Assembly: GCA_002269645.1 (NCBI GenBank)
Contig: NIVC01000111.1
Coordinates: 1-64,000 of the forward strand
Reading direction: 5' to 3'
Source: Macrostomum lignano
Lineage: Eukaryota
DNA: 64,000 bases
Shown: positions 49,001 through 63,076 of the stretch, in pieces
How the letters are laid out: the number at the start of each line of letters is the position of its first letter
Numbering within the stretch: position 1 is the stretch's first letter
Program-made: the position numbers and the translations under genes
Notes under the pieces: generated by a model
What the model was told of the DNA's origin: nothing
Databases searched by the model: none
What the model saw: only the letters and a program-made list of their open reading frames with translations

Positions 49001-52000
49001 TGTTTGAGATTGTAAAGATATCTGTAATCTGTTTGAGATTTTGAAGAAACCTAGAAGGTGAGGTTAACCATGCTGCTCAAATCCCAATCATTGCTCACAA
49101 ACCGCAGGTGGTGCAGACCGCCCTGTCGGAGACCAACGACCCCGAGGAGATTTCCGTCGCCGTCAAATCCTTCATGGCCGCCGACCTTCCCAACGAGCTC
49201 ATTGAACTGCTGGAGAAGATCGTGCTGGACAACACCGTATTCTCGGACCATCGCAATCTGCAGAATCTGCTCATACTCACCGCCATCAAGGCCGACACGA
49301 CCCGGGTCATGGAGTACATCACCAAGCTGGAGAATTTTGACGCTCCAGAGATTGCTCAGATTGCCATCAGCAACCAGCTGTTCGAGGAGGCGTTCGCCGT
49401 GTTTAAGAAGTTCAGCGTCAACGAGAGCGCCATTAAGGTGAGCGCTACGGATATGAGACTTTAATCCCTGGATTGGGTTCTTAAATCTCCCAAATCCCTG
49501 GACTGGGATCTTAAATCTCCCAAATCTCTAGATTGGAATTTTAATCTATCAAATCCCTAGATTGGGTTCTAAAGCCTCCCAAATCCCTAGATTGGGATCT
49601 TAAATCTCCCAAATCCCAAGATTGGGATCTTAAATCTCCTAAATCTCTAGATTGGGATCTAAAGCCTCCCAAATCCCTAGATTGGGGTCTTGAATCTCCC
49701 AAATCCCTAGATTAGGATCTTGAATCTCCTAAATCCCTAGATTGGGATATTAAATCTCCCAAATCCCAAGATTAGAATCTTAAAAATCTCCCAAATCCCT
49801 AGATTGAAAATCTTAAATCTCTCAAATCCCAAGATTAGAATCTTAAATATCCCAAATCTCTAGATTGGAATCTTAAAAATCTCCCAAATCCCAAGATTAG
49901 AATCTTGAATCTCCCAAATCTCTAGATTGGAATCTTAAATCTCCCAAATCCCTAGATCGGGATCTAAAGTCTCCCAAATCCCTAGATCAGGATCTAAAGT
50001 CTCCCAAATCCCTAGATCGGGATCTTAAATCTCCCAAATCCCTAGAATGGAATCTAAAATCTCCGAAATCCCTAGAATGGAATCTTAAATCTCCCAAATC
50101 TCTAGATTTGAATCTTAAATCTCCTAAATCCCTAGATCGGGATCTTAAATCTCCCAAATCCCTAGAATGGAATCTTAAATCTCCCAAATCTCTAGATTGG
50201 AATCTTAAATCTCCCAAATCCCTAGATCGGGATCTTAAATCTCCCAAATCCCTAGATTGGAATCTTAAATCTCCCAAATCCCTAGATTTGAATCTTAAAT
50301 CTCCCAAATCCCTAGATCGCGATCTTAAATCTCCCAAATCTCTAGATTGGAATCCTAAATTTCCCAAATCCCTAGAATGGAATCTTAAATCTCCCAAATC
50401 CCTAGATATTAATCCTTAATCTTCTTTAAATCCTTATTGAAGGCTTACTCTCAAATCCTTTCATATGGATTCTAAATCTCTCGGCAGCCTCCATTGAGAT
50501 GAATATTCCAATGCGTTCCGTCACTAATCCCTAATTATCCCCAAACCCAGGTGCTCATCGAAAACATCCGCAATCTTGATCGCGCCTACGAATTTGCCGA
50601 GAAGTGCAACGAGCCGGCAGTGTGGTCCCAGCTGGCCAGCGCCCAGCTTGAAGAAGGCTTCGTCAAAGAAGCAATCGACAGCTTCATCAAGGCCAACGAT
50701 CCCAGCTGCTACGTGGATGTTGTTCGCGTCGCTAGCGACTCGGGGCATTGGGAGGATTTGGTGAAATTCCTGCTCATGGCTAGGAAAAAAGCCAAGGAGT
50801 CATTCATTGAGACCGAGCTGGTGTTCGCCTACGCCAAGACCGGCCGGCTCGCGGATATGGAGGAGTTCATCAACTCGCCCAATCACGCCAAAATTGCCGA
50901 AGTGGCCGACCGCTGCTTCGACCAAGAGATGTACGAGGCCGCCAAGATTCTCTATAGCAACGTGTCTAACTATGCCCGGCTGGCCATCACCCAGGTTAAA
51001 CTGGGCGAGTTCCAGAACGCTGTTGAGTCTGCTAGGAAGGCCAATTCTACTAAGACTTGGAAGGAGGTGAGTGTTCCGCCCCTTAGTAGCTGAGGATTCC
51101 GCCCCCTGAGCAGCTGAGTATTCCGCCCCTTAGTAGCTGAGTAATCCGCCCCCTTAGTAGCTGAGTGTTCCGCCTCTTAGTAGCTGAGTAATCCGCCCCT
51201 TAGTAGCTGAGTATTCAGCCCCTTAGTAGCTGAGTGTTCCGCCCCCTTAGTAGCTGAGTATTCCGCCCCTTAGTAGCTGAGTATTCCGCCCCCTTAGTAG
51301 CTGAGTATTCCGCCCCTTAGCAGCTGAGTATTCTGCCCCTTAGTAGCTGAGTATTCTGCCCCCTTAGTAGCTGAGTATTCCGCCCCCTTAGTAGCTGAGG
51401 ATTCCGCCCCTTAGCAGCTGAGGATTCCGCCCCCTTAGTAGCTGAGTATTCCGCCCCCTTAGTAGCTGAGGATTCCGCCCCTTAGTAACTGAGTATTCCG
51501 CCCCCTTAGTAGCTGAGTATTCCGTCCCCTTAGTAGCTGAGTATTCCGCCCCTTAGTAGCTGAGTATTCCGCCCCTTAGTAGCTGAGGATTTCGCCCCCT
51601 AGTTAGTACTCTGCCCCGTAGTTTTTTAGTATTCCGCCCCCTGAGTTAGTTTCTGAGTATTCCGCCGGCATATTTGTTGAGTATTCCGTCCTGGCGACTG
51701 CGTTTCCTATTAATTGTTTATCCGCCCCCTTATCCTCTGAGTATGAAGAATCTCATTGCAAAGAAACTGTCAACCAATGCCAACCCTACACAGGTGTGCT
51801 TCTCCTGCCTGGAGAGCGAAGAGTACCGCCTGGCCCAGATCTGCGGCCTGAACATCATCATCCACGCGGATGAGCTGGAGGAGCTGATCAACTTCTACCA
51901 AACTCGGGGCCTGTTCAACGAGCTCATCTCACTGTTCGAGGCCGGGCTGGGGCTCGACCGCGCCCACATGGGACTGTTCACGGAGCTGGCCATTCTGTAC

Positions 52001-53875
52001 AGCAAGTACCGCACAGCCAAGCTCAAGGAGCACCTGGAGCTGTTCTGGTCCCGCATCAATATTCCCAAGGTGCTGCGAGCGGCCGAGCAGGCCCACCTGT
52101 GGGCTGAACTGGTCTTTTTGTACGACAAATACGAGGAGTTCGACAATGCCATACTCACTATGATGAAGCACCCGACTGAGGCTTGGCGCGAGTCCTTCTT
52201 TAAAGAGATGATCTCCAAGTGCGCCAATATTGAGATCTATTATAAGGCTATTAAATTCTATTTGGATTTCAAGCCTCTGCTGCTCAATGATTTGCTGCAG
52301 GTGAGATAATGCTTCATGTAGCCTTTTGTATCTGCTGTATGTTCATATTAGTCATGTATGTACACATTAGTCATGTATGTACACATTAGTCATGTATGTA
52401 CACATTAGTAATTTATGTACACATTAGTCATGTATATACACATTGGTCATGTATGTACACATTGGTCATGTATGTACACATTAGTCATGTATGTACACAT
52501 TAGTCATGTATGTACACATTAGTAATGTCATGTACGTACACATTAGTCATGTATGTACACATTAGTCATGTCATGTACGTATTAGTCATATGTACACATT
52601 AGTCATGTATGTACACATTAGTCATGTCATGTACGTATTAGTCATATGTACACATTAGTCATGTATGTACACATTATTCATGTCATGTATGTACACATTA
52701 GTCATGTCATGTACGTATTAATCATATGTACACATTAGTCATGTATGTACACACTAGTCATGTCATGTATGTACACATTAGTCATGTCATGTATGTACAC
52801 ATTAGTCATGTCATGTATGTACACATTAGTCATGTCATGTATGTACACATTAGTCATGTCATGTATGTACACATTAGTCATGTATGTACACATTAGTCAT
52901 GTCATGTATGTACAAATTAGTCATGTATGTACACATTAGTCATGTATGTACACATTAGTCATGTACGTACACATTAGTCATGTCATGTATGTACACATTA
53001 GTCATGTCATGTATGTACACATTAGTCATGTATGTACACATTAGTCATGTATGTACACATTAGTCATGTATGTACACATTAGTCATGTATATACACATTG
53101 GTCATGTACGTACACATTAGTCATGCAGCTTCAAATCAATTTTGTTCACCCCCAGGTGCTGATCCCCCGCCTGGACCACACCCGAGCTGTGAGCTTCTTC
53201 GCCAAGGAGGGCAAGGTGGCCATGGTGAAGCCCTACCTCAAAGCGGTGCAGCAGAACAACAACAAGCACATCAACGAAGCCCTGAACAGTCTGTACATCG
53301 AAGAGGAAGACTACCAGAGCCTACGCGCCAGCATCGAGGCATTCAACAATTTCGACAACATCGGGCTGGCGCAGAAGTGCGAGAAGCACGAACTGCTGGA
53401 GTTCCGTCGGATTGCGGCGCTGCTGTACAAGGGCAACAACCGGTTCAGTCAGAGCATCGAGCTGTGCAAGCGCGACCGGCTGTACAAGGACGCCATGCAG
53501 TTCGCTGGCGAGTCGCGGGACTCCGAACTGGCCGCCGCCCTGCTGCAGTGGTTCCTGGATGAGAAGCTCACCGAGTGCTTCAGCGCCTGTCTGTACCAGT
53601 GCTACGACCTGCTCAAACCGGACAGGGTGATGGAACTGGCCTGGCGGTACAACCTCATGGACTACACGATGCCCTACATGGTGCAGGTCATGGCCGAGTA
53701 CCAGGCTCGGCTGGAGCGGCTCGAGCAGGCCGAGGCTGTGCGGGCTGAGAGCGACGAGAAAGCTAATAGCGATGGCAACCCCATTGTGATGCAGAGTGAG
53801 TGCTGGCTGGTTTGGGGACAGACAGACAGGCAGGCAGACAGATAGACAGACAGGCAGGCGTGCAGACAGACAGGC

Positions 53876-53906
<31 letters not shown>

Positions 53907-54172
53907 GACAGACAGGCAGACACAGACAGACAGACAGACAGACAGACAGGCAGACAGACAGACAGACAGAGACAGACAAACAGACAGAGACAACAATAAA
54001 TCCGCAGCAACTCGCCCGCCCACCCTCAGCCAACCCCATGCTGATGCTGACCAGCGCTCCCCATCACTCGATGATGCCGCAGCAGCCGGGCTACCCGCCG
54101 CCGCCGCCGCCTCCCGCCGGCCCTTTCTACGGAGCCGGCAGCGGCCTGCCGCCGCAGGGGCATCACTTCTGA
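37062..54172 (+). CDS. CLTC: Clathrin heavy chain, complete, about 1684 aa
   Basis: 13 phase-consistent exons: 37062-37103, 40902-41290, 41972-42212, 42579-42912, 44309-44823, 45478-45996, 46640-47017, 48103-48603, 49108-49437, 50551-51066, 51794-52300, 53156-53795 and 54030-54172 (5055 nt, no frameshift). Starts [14 protein letters not shown]; contains [15 protein letters not shown] and [15 protein letters not shown] at 55003. Confidence 0.97.
39240..39710. mobile_element. MITE-like element with about 75-bp imperfect inverted ends in clathrin intron 1
   Basis: AGGCATGAAAGGTGAGCGAGATGCAC..GAAATGCACCTG (39244-39318) mirrors 39607-39681. Confidence 0.65.
39991..40870. repeat. 55-bp minisatellite, 16 near-identical copies (clathrin intron 1)
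   Basis: Unit AAACTCTACTGAGGTTAAGCAACCACCAGTTTGCTTATGTACT(T/A)CAATTCTATTG. Confidence 0.97.
41420..41860. repeat. 33-bp minisatellite (clathrin intron 2)
   Basis: Unit AGAAAGATTCCCCTCTAGTGATTCTCCATTCTT. Confidence 0.88.
42305..42470. repeat. 25-bp minisatellite (clathrin intron 3)
   Basis: Unit GAGATTCCCCATCTGATTCCCCTCT. Confidence 0.9.
42985..44095. repeat. 23/24-bp minisatellite (clathrin intron 4)
   Basis: Unit TTGTTTATCCTCCCCTGACACTC. Confidence 0.95.
44840..45395. repeat. 23-bp minisatellite (clathrin intron 5)
   Basis: Unit CACCCCTAGAATCGCCCTCAAAG. Confidence 0.93.
46015..46410. repeat. Degenerate about 22-bp minisatellite (clathrin intron 6)
   Basis: Unit approximately CCCATTCTACCCCATCTCTCAT. 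Confidence 0.8.
47104..47302. mobile_element. Dispersed repeat, copy B (same family as 5975-6147)
   Basis: Shared blocks as listed for copy A; lies in clathrin intron 7. Confidence 0.7.
47335..47920. repeat. 34/36-bp minisatellite (clathrin intron 7)
   Basis: Unit GAGACTTCTGGGTGAGATTTTGAGGATATGGATT. Confidence 0.93.
47925..48044. mobile_element. Right end of a hAT MITE related to 23350-23715
   Basis: Shares GCTGAG..CACAAAC.TTGAG..CAAAGGA.CCGAGG.CCGGATAGAG..GCGGGCCG..GACCCCTG followed by CTCTAA. Possible left end CAGGGGG at 47047, but no clean TSD. Confidence 0.6.
48640..49050. repeat. Degenerate about 32-bp minisatellite (clathrin intron 8)
   Basis: Unit approximately GTAATCTGTTGGGTGAGATTTTGAAGAGATAT. 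Confidence 0.8.
49455..50415. repeat. 30-bp minisatellite (clathrin intron 9)
   Basis: Unit TCTTAAATCTCCCAAATCCCTAGATTGGGA. Confidence 0.93.
51067..51670. repeat. 23/24-bp minisatellite starting at the splice donor (clathrin intron 10)
   Basis: Unit TGAGTATTCCGCCCCTTAGTAGC; the first copy overlaps the donor GTGAGT. Confidence 0.92.
52340..53125. repeat. 19/24-bp minisatellite (clathrin intron 11)
   Basis: Unit TACACATTAGTCATG(TCATG)TATG. Confidence 0.93.
53815..53992. repeat. (CAGA)n microsatellite (clathrin intron 12)
   Basis: GACA/CAGG repeats. Confidence 0.93.
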
Positions 54173-55234
54173 GCCGCCATCGATTATGAAAGTTCACGTT
54201 GAACTCTTCGACTTACCAATCTATTATTGACCTAGATATATAAACTTGAATGCAGGCGGTAAACAAACTTTAGTAAAAGGTAAGAAAAGTTTTGTTCAAA
54301 CCCTGCGTTGCAAAATAAAACAAAAACAACTGCAGCAAAACTGTGATTTCACAATTACACTTTACACCTTGTTGTTTTGGTTACCTCCGAGTATGTTTGT
54401 TGGCTATTATTGCCAATTATAAGTTAGCTTGTTGGTTCAAAAATATATGATATTGTCTTTTATTGTTGTGTTTTTTTCCTTCAAAAATTTCTTTAAAGCA
54501 GTGTTTCTGATTTCCGCTAAACACAACTTGCTCTGAGATGTTTCTAGGTTACTTAGTTAATTATTTATTCAGCTCCTTGTTGTACTTTTATTTTTAGCTA
54601 TTCCGCTCATTTTGTCGGTTGTTTGAATTTATAGTACTGTCAAGCAAGTAGGCAAGTGAGCGTGTTGGCTTATTATATATATTTCTATTTACGAAGAGAT
54701 GTCGCAGCTGCCCCTAATGAATTGCATTGTTTTTCTAGCTTACACTTTTAAGTGATTTTTGTTATCTAACAATTAGTGTGTCTTTGTGTGTCAGCACTAG
54801 CATATAAAATCAAAGTCTGTCGTACCGTTGCGATTTTGGTTGTTTTTCATCAGCTGGTTATTGTAAACTGGAATCTGTAGTTATAAAGTTCTACCTTTGC
54901 TATTGTGTGTTTTATTATTGTAATTCAATTATTACTATGATTATTATTCATCTGCTAGTGTCAATTTTGTCATCGAACTGTTTCGTCTTGTGTCTAATTA
55001 AAAATAAAATTGTCAACCGCATATGCATGTCCGTAACTGCCACTCTTAATTGGTTCATCAGCAGTAGTACAATTTGAACTTTGTCACTCATATTTAATTG
55101 CTAAGCATAAAATTCTAAAAGTACTTATTGATTTATTCAGTTTGCTTTAAACACTCAGCTAGTAAACTGGATGCAATTCAAATGCTCTCGCACGGTGTGC
55201 ACTCTGATGTGTTCTTAATGTAGCCTCTGGTGTA

Positions 55235-55625
55235 CATTAACACCAACCCCCCATCTATCTCTATCCCTATTGTACATTATTGACACCAACCCAATCTATC
55301 TCTACCCCTAGTGTACATTAACACCAACCCCATCTATCTCTACCCCTAGTGTACATTGACACCAACCCCATCTATCTCTACCCCTAGTGTACATTGACAC
55401 CAACCCCATTTATCTCTACCCCTAGTGTACATTAACACCAACCCAATCTATCTCTACCCCTAGTGTACATTAACACCAACCCCATCTATCTCTACCCCTA
55501 GTGTACATTGACACCAACCCCAATCTATCTTTACTCCTAGTGTACATTAACACCAACCCCATCTATCTCTACCCCTAGTGTACATTGACGCCAACCCCAT
55601 CTATTCCTATCCCTAATGTACATCG
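55235..55625. repeat. 38-bp minisatellite downstream of clathrin
   Basis: Unit GTGTACATTAACACCAACCCCATCTATCTCTACCCCTA. Confidence 0.9.
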
Positions 55626-56179
55626 AACCTAAAGAATTTAACGGGTTTTGCGCTAAGCGACATTTTCAACTATTGTCAAATTACCTTTGTTACCTAGTGA
55701 AAACAATTTTGTTTTAGAAGGAAAGCGAACAACATTTTTTTCTCTCAAAGACACTGTAAACGATTTCTCAGCATAGTTGATTGCTAGCGGTGCACTAATC
55801 ACCATTTAAGCTGTGCACCCGTTTGGGTCTTCTGGTATTGTTCTTGTAGTACTTGTCAACTGCAACATTTATTTCGATTAATTCCTTTTTTAAACAGCAG
55901 TGTGTTTCTCTCAAATATTTATTTGTTTTGCACTTTTAATTGCTTCGATTTATGTAATAATTCAGCTTCACTGCTTCTCCAAAAAATTCGATATTGTCAG
56001 TCACTTTAATCAGATGTTTCTCGTTGTTGGATGCACAGTTTTAAAAATGACAGCAAACACAAATACACTTTGAAGTTGGTTTTTATTGTTCTGAAGTCTC
56101 AAAATTTGCAACAGTTAACCTGCTGTGTGCGAAATGACTTAACATCAAATACTCTCTTCCATCCAATCCGCACGATACT

Positions 56180-59100
56180 GCTTTTGACTGGCACTGTTTG
56201 TCACTGTTTGACTGTCACTGTTTGACTTGCACTGTTTGACTGACACTAATTGACTGGCACTGACTGACTGACACTGACTGACTGACACTAATTGACTGGC
56301 ACTTTTTGACTGACACAAATTGACTGGCACTGACTGACTGACACTGACTGACTGACACTAATTGACTGGCACTTTTTGACTGACACTGACTGACTGACAC
56401 TGTTTGACTGACACTAATTGACTGACACTGTTTGACTGACACTAATTGACTGACACTATTTGACTGACACTATTTGACTGACACTGTTTGACTGACACTG
56501 ACTGGTACTGTTTGACTGACACTAATTGACTGACACTATTTAACTGACACTATTTAACTGACACTATTTAACTGACACTAATTGACTGACACTATTTAAC
56601 TGACACTAATTGACTGACACTGTTTGACTGACACGGTTTGACTGACACTAATTGACTGACACTGTTTGACTGACACTGTTTGACTGGTACTGTTTGACTG
56701 ACACTAATTGACTGACACTATTTAACTGACACTATTTAACTGACACTATTTAACTGACACTATTTAACTGACACTAATTGACTGACACTATTTAACTGAC
56801 ACTAATTGACTGTCACTGTTTGACAGACACTGACTGGCACTATTTGACTGACACTATTTAACTGACACTATTTAACTGACACTATTTAACTGACACTAAT
56901 TGACTGACACTAATTGACTGACACTAATTGACTGACACTAATTGACTGACACTATTTGACTGTCACTGTTTGACTGACACTAATTGACTGACACTGTTTG
57001 ACTGACACTGTTTGACTGACACTATTTAACTGACACTAATTGACTGACACTATTTAACTGACACTAATTGACTGACACTATTTAACTGACACTAATTGAC
57101 TGACACTATTTAACTGACACTAATTGACTGACACTGTTTGACTGACACTATTTAACTGACACTATTTAACTGACACTAATTGACTGACACTATTTAACTG
57201 ACACTAATTGACTGGCACTATTTAACTGACACTAATTGACTGACACTGTTTGACTGACACTATTTAACTGACACTAATTGACTGACACTAATTGACTGAC
57301 ACTATTTAACTGACACTAATTGACTGACACTAATTGACTGACACTAATTGACTGACACTAATTGACTGACACTGTTTGACTGACACTGTTTGACTGACAC
57401 TATTTAACTGACACTATTTAACTGACACTAATTGACTGACACTATTTAACTGACACTAATTGACTGACACTATTTAACTGACACTGTTTGACTGACACTA
57501 TTTAACTGACACTAATTGACTGACACTGTTTGACTGACACTAATTGACTGACACTAATTGACTGACACTATTTAATTGACACTAATTGACTGACACTAAT
57601 TGACTGACACTATTTAACTGACACTAATTGACTGACACTAATTGACTGACACTAATTGACTGACACTAATTGACTGACACTGTTTGACTGACACTGTTTG
57701 ACTGACACTATTTAACTGACACTATTTAACTGACACTAATTGACTGACACTATTTAACTGACACTAATTGACTGACACTATTTAACTGACACTGTTTGAC
57801 TGACACTATTTAACTGACACTAATTGACTGACACTGTTTGACTGACACTAATTGACTGACACTAATTGACTGACACTGTTTGACTGTCACTGTTTGACTG
57901 ACACTGTTTGACTGACACTATTTAACTGACACTATTTAACTGACACTAATTGACTGACACTATTTAACTGACACTAATTGACTGACACTATTTAACTGAC
58001 ACTAATTGAGTGACACTATTTAACTGACACTAATTGACTGACACTGTTTGACTGACACTATTTAACTGACACTATTTAACTGACACTAATTGACTGACAC
58101 TATTTAACTGACACTAATTGACTGGCACTATTTAACTGACACTAATTGACTGACACTGTTTGACTGACACTATTTAACTGACACTATTTAACTGACACTA
58201 TTTAACTGACACTAATTTACTGACACTATTTAACTGACACTAATTGACTGACACTATTTAACTGACACTAATTGACTGACACTATTTAACTGACACTAAT
58301 TGACTGACACTATTTAACTGACACTAATTAACTGACACTATTTAACTGACACTAATTGACTGACACTGTTTGACTGACACTATTTAACTGACACTGTTTG
58401 ACTGACACTATTTAACTGACACTAATTGACTGACACGGTTTGACTGACACTAATTGACTGACACTGTTTGACTGACACTGTTTGACTGGTACTGTTTGAC
58501 TGACACTAATTGACTGACACTATTTAACTGACACTATTTAACTGACACTATTTAACTGACACTATTTAACTGACACTAATTGACTGACACTATTTAACTG
58601 ACACTAATTGACTGACACTAATTGACTGACACTATTTAACTGACACTATTTAACTGACACTATTTAACTGACACTATTTAACTGACACTATTTAACTGAC
58701 ACTAATTGACTGACACTAATTGACTGACACTAATTGACTGACACTAATTGACTGACACTATTTGACTGTCACTGTTTGACTGACACTAATTGACTGACAC
58801 TGTTTGACTGACACTGTTTGACTGACACTATTTAACTGACACTAATTGACTGACACTATTTAACTGACACTAATTGACTGACACTATTTAACTGAAACTA
58901 ATTGACTGACACTATTTAACTGACACTAATTGACTGACACTGTTTGACTGACACTATTTAACTGACACTATTTAACTGACACTAATTGACTGACACTATT
59001 TAACTGACACTAATTGACTGGCACTATTTAACTGACACTAATTGACTGACACTATTTAACTGACACTAATTGACTGGCACTATTTAACTGACACTAATTG

Positions 59101-62100
59101 ACTGACACTGTTTGACTGACACTATTTAACTGACACTAATTGACTGACACTAATTGACTGACACTATTTAACTGACACTAATTGACTGACACTAATTGAC
59201 TGACACTAATTGACTGACACTGTTTGACTGACACTGTTTGACTGACACTATTTAACTGACACTATTTAACTGACACTAATTGACTGACACTAATTGACTG
59301 TCACTGTTTGACTGACACTATTTGACTGACACTATTTGACTGACACTAATTGACTGACACTGTTTGACTGACACTGTTTGACTGACACTATTTGACTGAC
59401 ACTATTTGACTGACACTGTTTGACTGACACTATTTGACTGACACTAATTGACTGACACTGTTTGACTGACACTGTTTGACTGACACTGTTTGACTGACAC
59501 TATTTGACTGTCACTGTTTGACTGACACTAATTGACTGTCACTGTTTGACTGACACTGTTTGACTGACACTGTTTGACTGACACTAATTGACTGTCACTG
59601 TTTGACTGACACTGTTTGACTGTCACTGTTTGACTGACACTAATTGACTGACACTGTTTGACTGACACTAATTGACTGTCACTGTTTGACTGACACTGTT
59701 TGACTGACACTATTTGACTGACACTAATTGACTGACACTAATTGACTGTCACTGTTTGACTGACACTATTTGACTGACACTATTTGACTGACACTAATTG
59801 ACTGACACTATTTAACTGACACTATTTAACTGACACTAATTGACTGACACTAATTGACTGTCACTGTTTGACTGACACTGTTTGACTGACACTGTTTGAC
59901 TGACACTAATTGACTGACACTGTTTGACTGACACTGTTTGACTGACACTGTTTGACTGACACTAATTGACTGACACTGTTTGACTGACACTGTTTGACTG
60001 ACACTGTTTGACTGACACTGTTTGACTGACACTAATTGACTGACACTGTTTGACTGTCACTGTTTGACTGACACTATTTAACTGACACTAATTGACTGAC
60101 ACTATTTAACTGACACTAATTGACTGGCACTATTTAACTGACACTAATTGACTGACACTGTTTGACTGACACTATTTAACTGACACTATTTAACTGACAC
60201 TAATTGACTGACACTATTTAACTGACACTAATTGACTGACACTATTTAACTGACACTAATTGACTGACACTATTTAACTGACACTGTTTGACTGACACTA
60301 ATTGACTGACACTAATTGACTGACACTATTTAACTGACACTAATTGACTGACACTGTTTGACTGTCACTGTTTGACTGTCACTGTTTGACAGACACTGAC
60401 TGGCACTATTTGACTGACACTATTTAACTGACACTAATTGACTGACACTATTTAACTGACACTAATTGACTGACACTATTTAACTGACACTAATTGACTG
60501 ACACTATTTAACTGACACTAATTGACTGACACTGTTTGACTGACACTGTTTGACTGACACTGTTTGACTGACACTATTTGACTGACACTAATTGACTGAC
60601 ACTGTTTGACTGACACTGTTTGACTGACACTATTTGACTGACACTAATTGACTGACACTAATTGACTGTCACTGTTTGACTGACACTATTTGACTGACAC
60701 TATTTGACTGACACTAATTGACTGACACTATTTAACTGACACTATTTAACTGACACTAATTGACTGACACTAATTGACTGTCACTGTTTGACTGACACTG
60801 TTTGACTGACACTGTTTGACTGACACTGTTTGACTGACACTATTTGACTGACACTAATTGACTGACACTGTTTGACTGACACTATTTGACTGACACTAAT
60901 TGACTGACACTGTTTGACTGACACTGTTTGACTGACACTGTTTGACTGACACTATTTGACTGTCACTGTTTGACTGACACTAATTGACTGTCACTGTTTG
61001 ACTGACACTGTTTGACTGACACTATTTGACTGACACTAATTGACTGACACTGTTTGACTGACACTGTTTGACTGACACTGTTTGACTGACACTAATTGAC
61101 TGACACTATTTAACTGACACTAATTGACTGACACTAATTGACTGACACTAATTGACTGACACTAATTGACTGACACTATTTGACTGTCACTGTTTGACTG
61201 ACACTAATTGACTGACACTGTTTGACTGACACTGTTTGACTGACACTGTTTGACTGACACTAATTGACTGACACTGTTTGACTGACACTGTTTGACTGAC
61301 ACTGTTTGACTGACACTAATTGACTGACACTGTTTGACTGACACTAATTGACTGTCACTGTTTGACTGACACTGTTTGACTGACACTGTTTGACTGACAC
61401 TATTTGACTGTCACTGTTTGACTGACACTAATTGACTGTCACTGTTTGACTGACACTGTTTGACTGACACTGTTTGACTGACACTAATTGACTGACACTG
61501 TTTGACTGACACTGTTTGACTGACACTGTTTGACTGACACTAATTGACTGACACTGTTTGACTGACACTGTTTGACTGACACTAATTGACTGACACTGTT
61601 TGACTGTCACTGTTTGACTGACACTGTTTGACTGACACTAATTGACTGTCACTGTTTGACTGTCACTGTTTGACTGACACTGTTTGACTGACACTAATTG
61701 ACTGACACTATTTAACTGACAGTAATTGACTGACACTATTTAACTGACACTAATTGACTGACACTGTTTGACTGACACTATTTAACTGACACTATTTAAC
61801 TGACACTAATTGACTGACACTGTTTGACTGACACTGTTTGACTGACACTGTTTGACTGACACTAATTGACTGACACTAATTGACTGACACTGTTTGACTG
61901 ACACTAATTGACTGACACTGTTTGACTGACACTGTTTGACTGACACTAATTGACTGACACTAATTGACTGACACTGTTTGACTGACACTAATTGACTGAC
62001 ACTATTTAACTGACACTATTTAACTGACACTAATTGACTGACACTATTTAACTGACACTAATTGACTGACACTATTTGACTGACACTAATTGACTGACAC

Positions 62101-62725
62101 TAATTGACTGACACTGTTTGACTGACACTAATTGACTGACACTGTTTGACTGACACTAATTGACTGACACTATTTAACTGACACTAATTGACTGACACTA
62201 ATTGACTGACATTAATTGACTGACACTAATTGACTGACACTAATTGACTGACACTAATTGACTGACACTAATTGACTGACACTAATTGACTGACACTATT
62301 TAACTGACACTAATTGACTGACACTAATTGACTGACACTATTTGACTGACACTAATTGACTGACACTAATTGACTGACACTGTTTGACTGACACTGTTTG
62401 ACTGACACTAATTGACTGACACTATTTAACTGACACTAATTGACTGACACTGTTTGACTGACACTGTTTGACTGACACTGTTTGACTGTCACTGTTTGAC
62501 TGTCACTGTTTGACAGACACTGACTGGCACTGTTTGACTGACACTGTTTGACTGACACTATTTGACTGTCACTGTTTGACTGTCACTGTTTGACTGACAC
62601 TGTTTGACTGTCACTGTTTGACTGTCACTGTTTGACTGACACTAATTGACTGACACTGTTTGACTGGCACTGTTTGACTGACATTGTTTGACTGACACTG
62701 TTTGACTGACACTGTGACTGACAGC
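56180..62725. repeat. 6.5-kb satellite of 14-bp units ACTGACACT-[GTTTG/AATTG/ATTTA/ATTTG]
   Basis: About 465 units; intergenic between convergent genes. Confidence 0.97.
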
Positions 62726-63076
62726 TGTTCGACTGGGAGCTAGTTGACTGACAGCTATTTAGGTTAACAGTTGAGGTTGGCAGTGAAAAGTCGCAGGCCC
62801 GCCTCAGTACATGTGCATGCGCAGTACATTTACAGGTTGAGTGTACATTAACGTCAAGCCACACCATCTAAAAGAATATTACTAGATACAAGCTAAGCTG
62901 TCGCAAACTGAAATAGATGGTTTTATGGCTGAACAGCTACAGGTACTACTATTATAGAGTAGACAGTTAAGATTGCAGTCAGTAAGCTGATACTTCATGT
63001 ATCTATCTGTATATACAATTTGTAGTTTACTTGCATCCCGCGTGAGCTGCACGCAGATCTGATTGATGACTGTGCA

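Noticed and set aside
56031-62867. MSVKQCQS.. ORFs, and the idea that the variant order encodes information
   Set aside because: Satellite translations; the variant pattern is explained by unequal exchange and segmental duplication.
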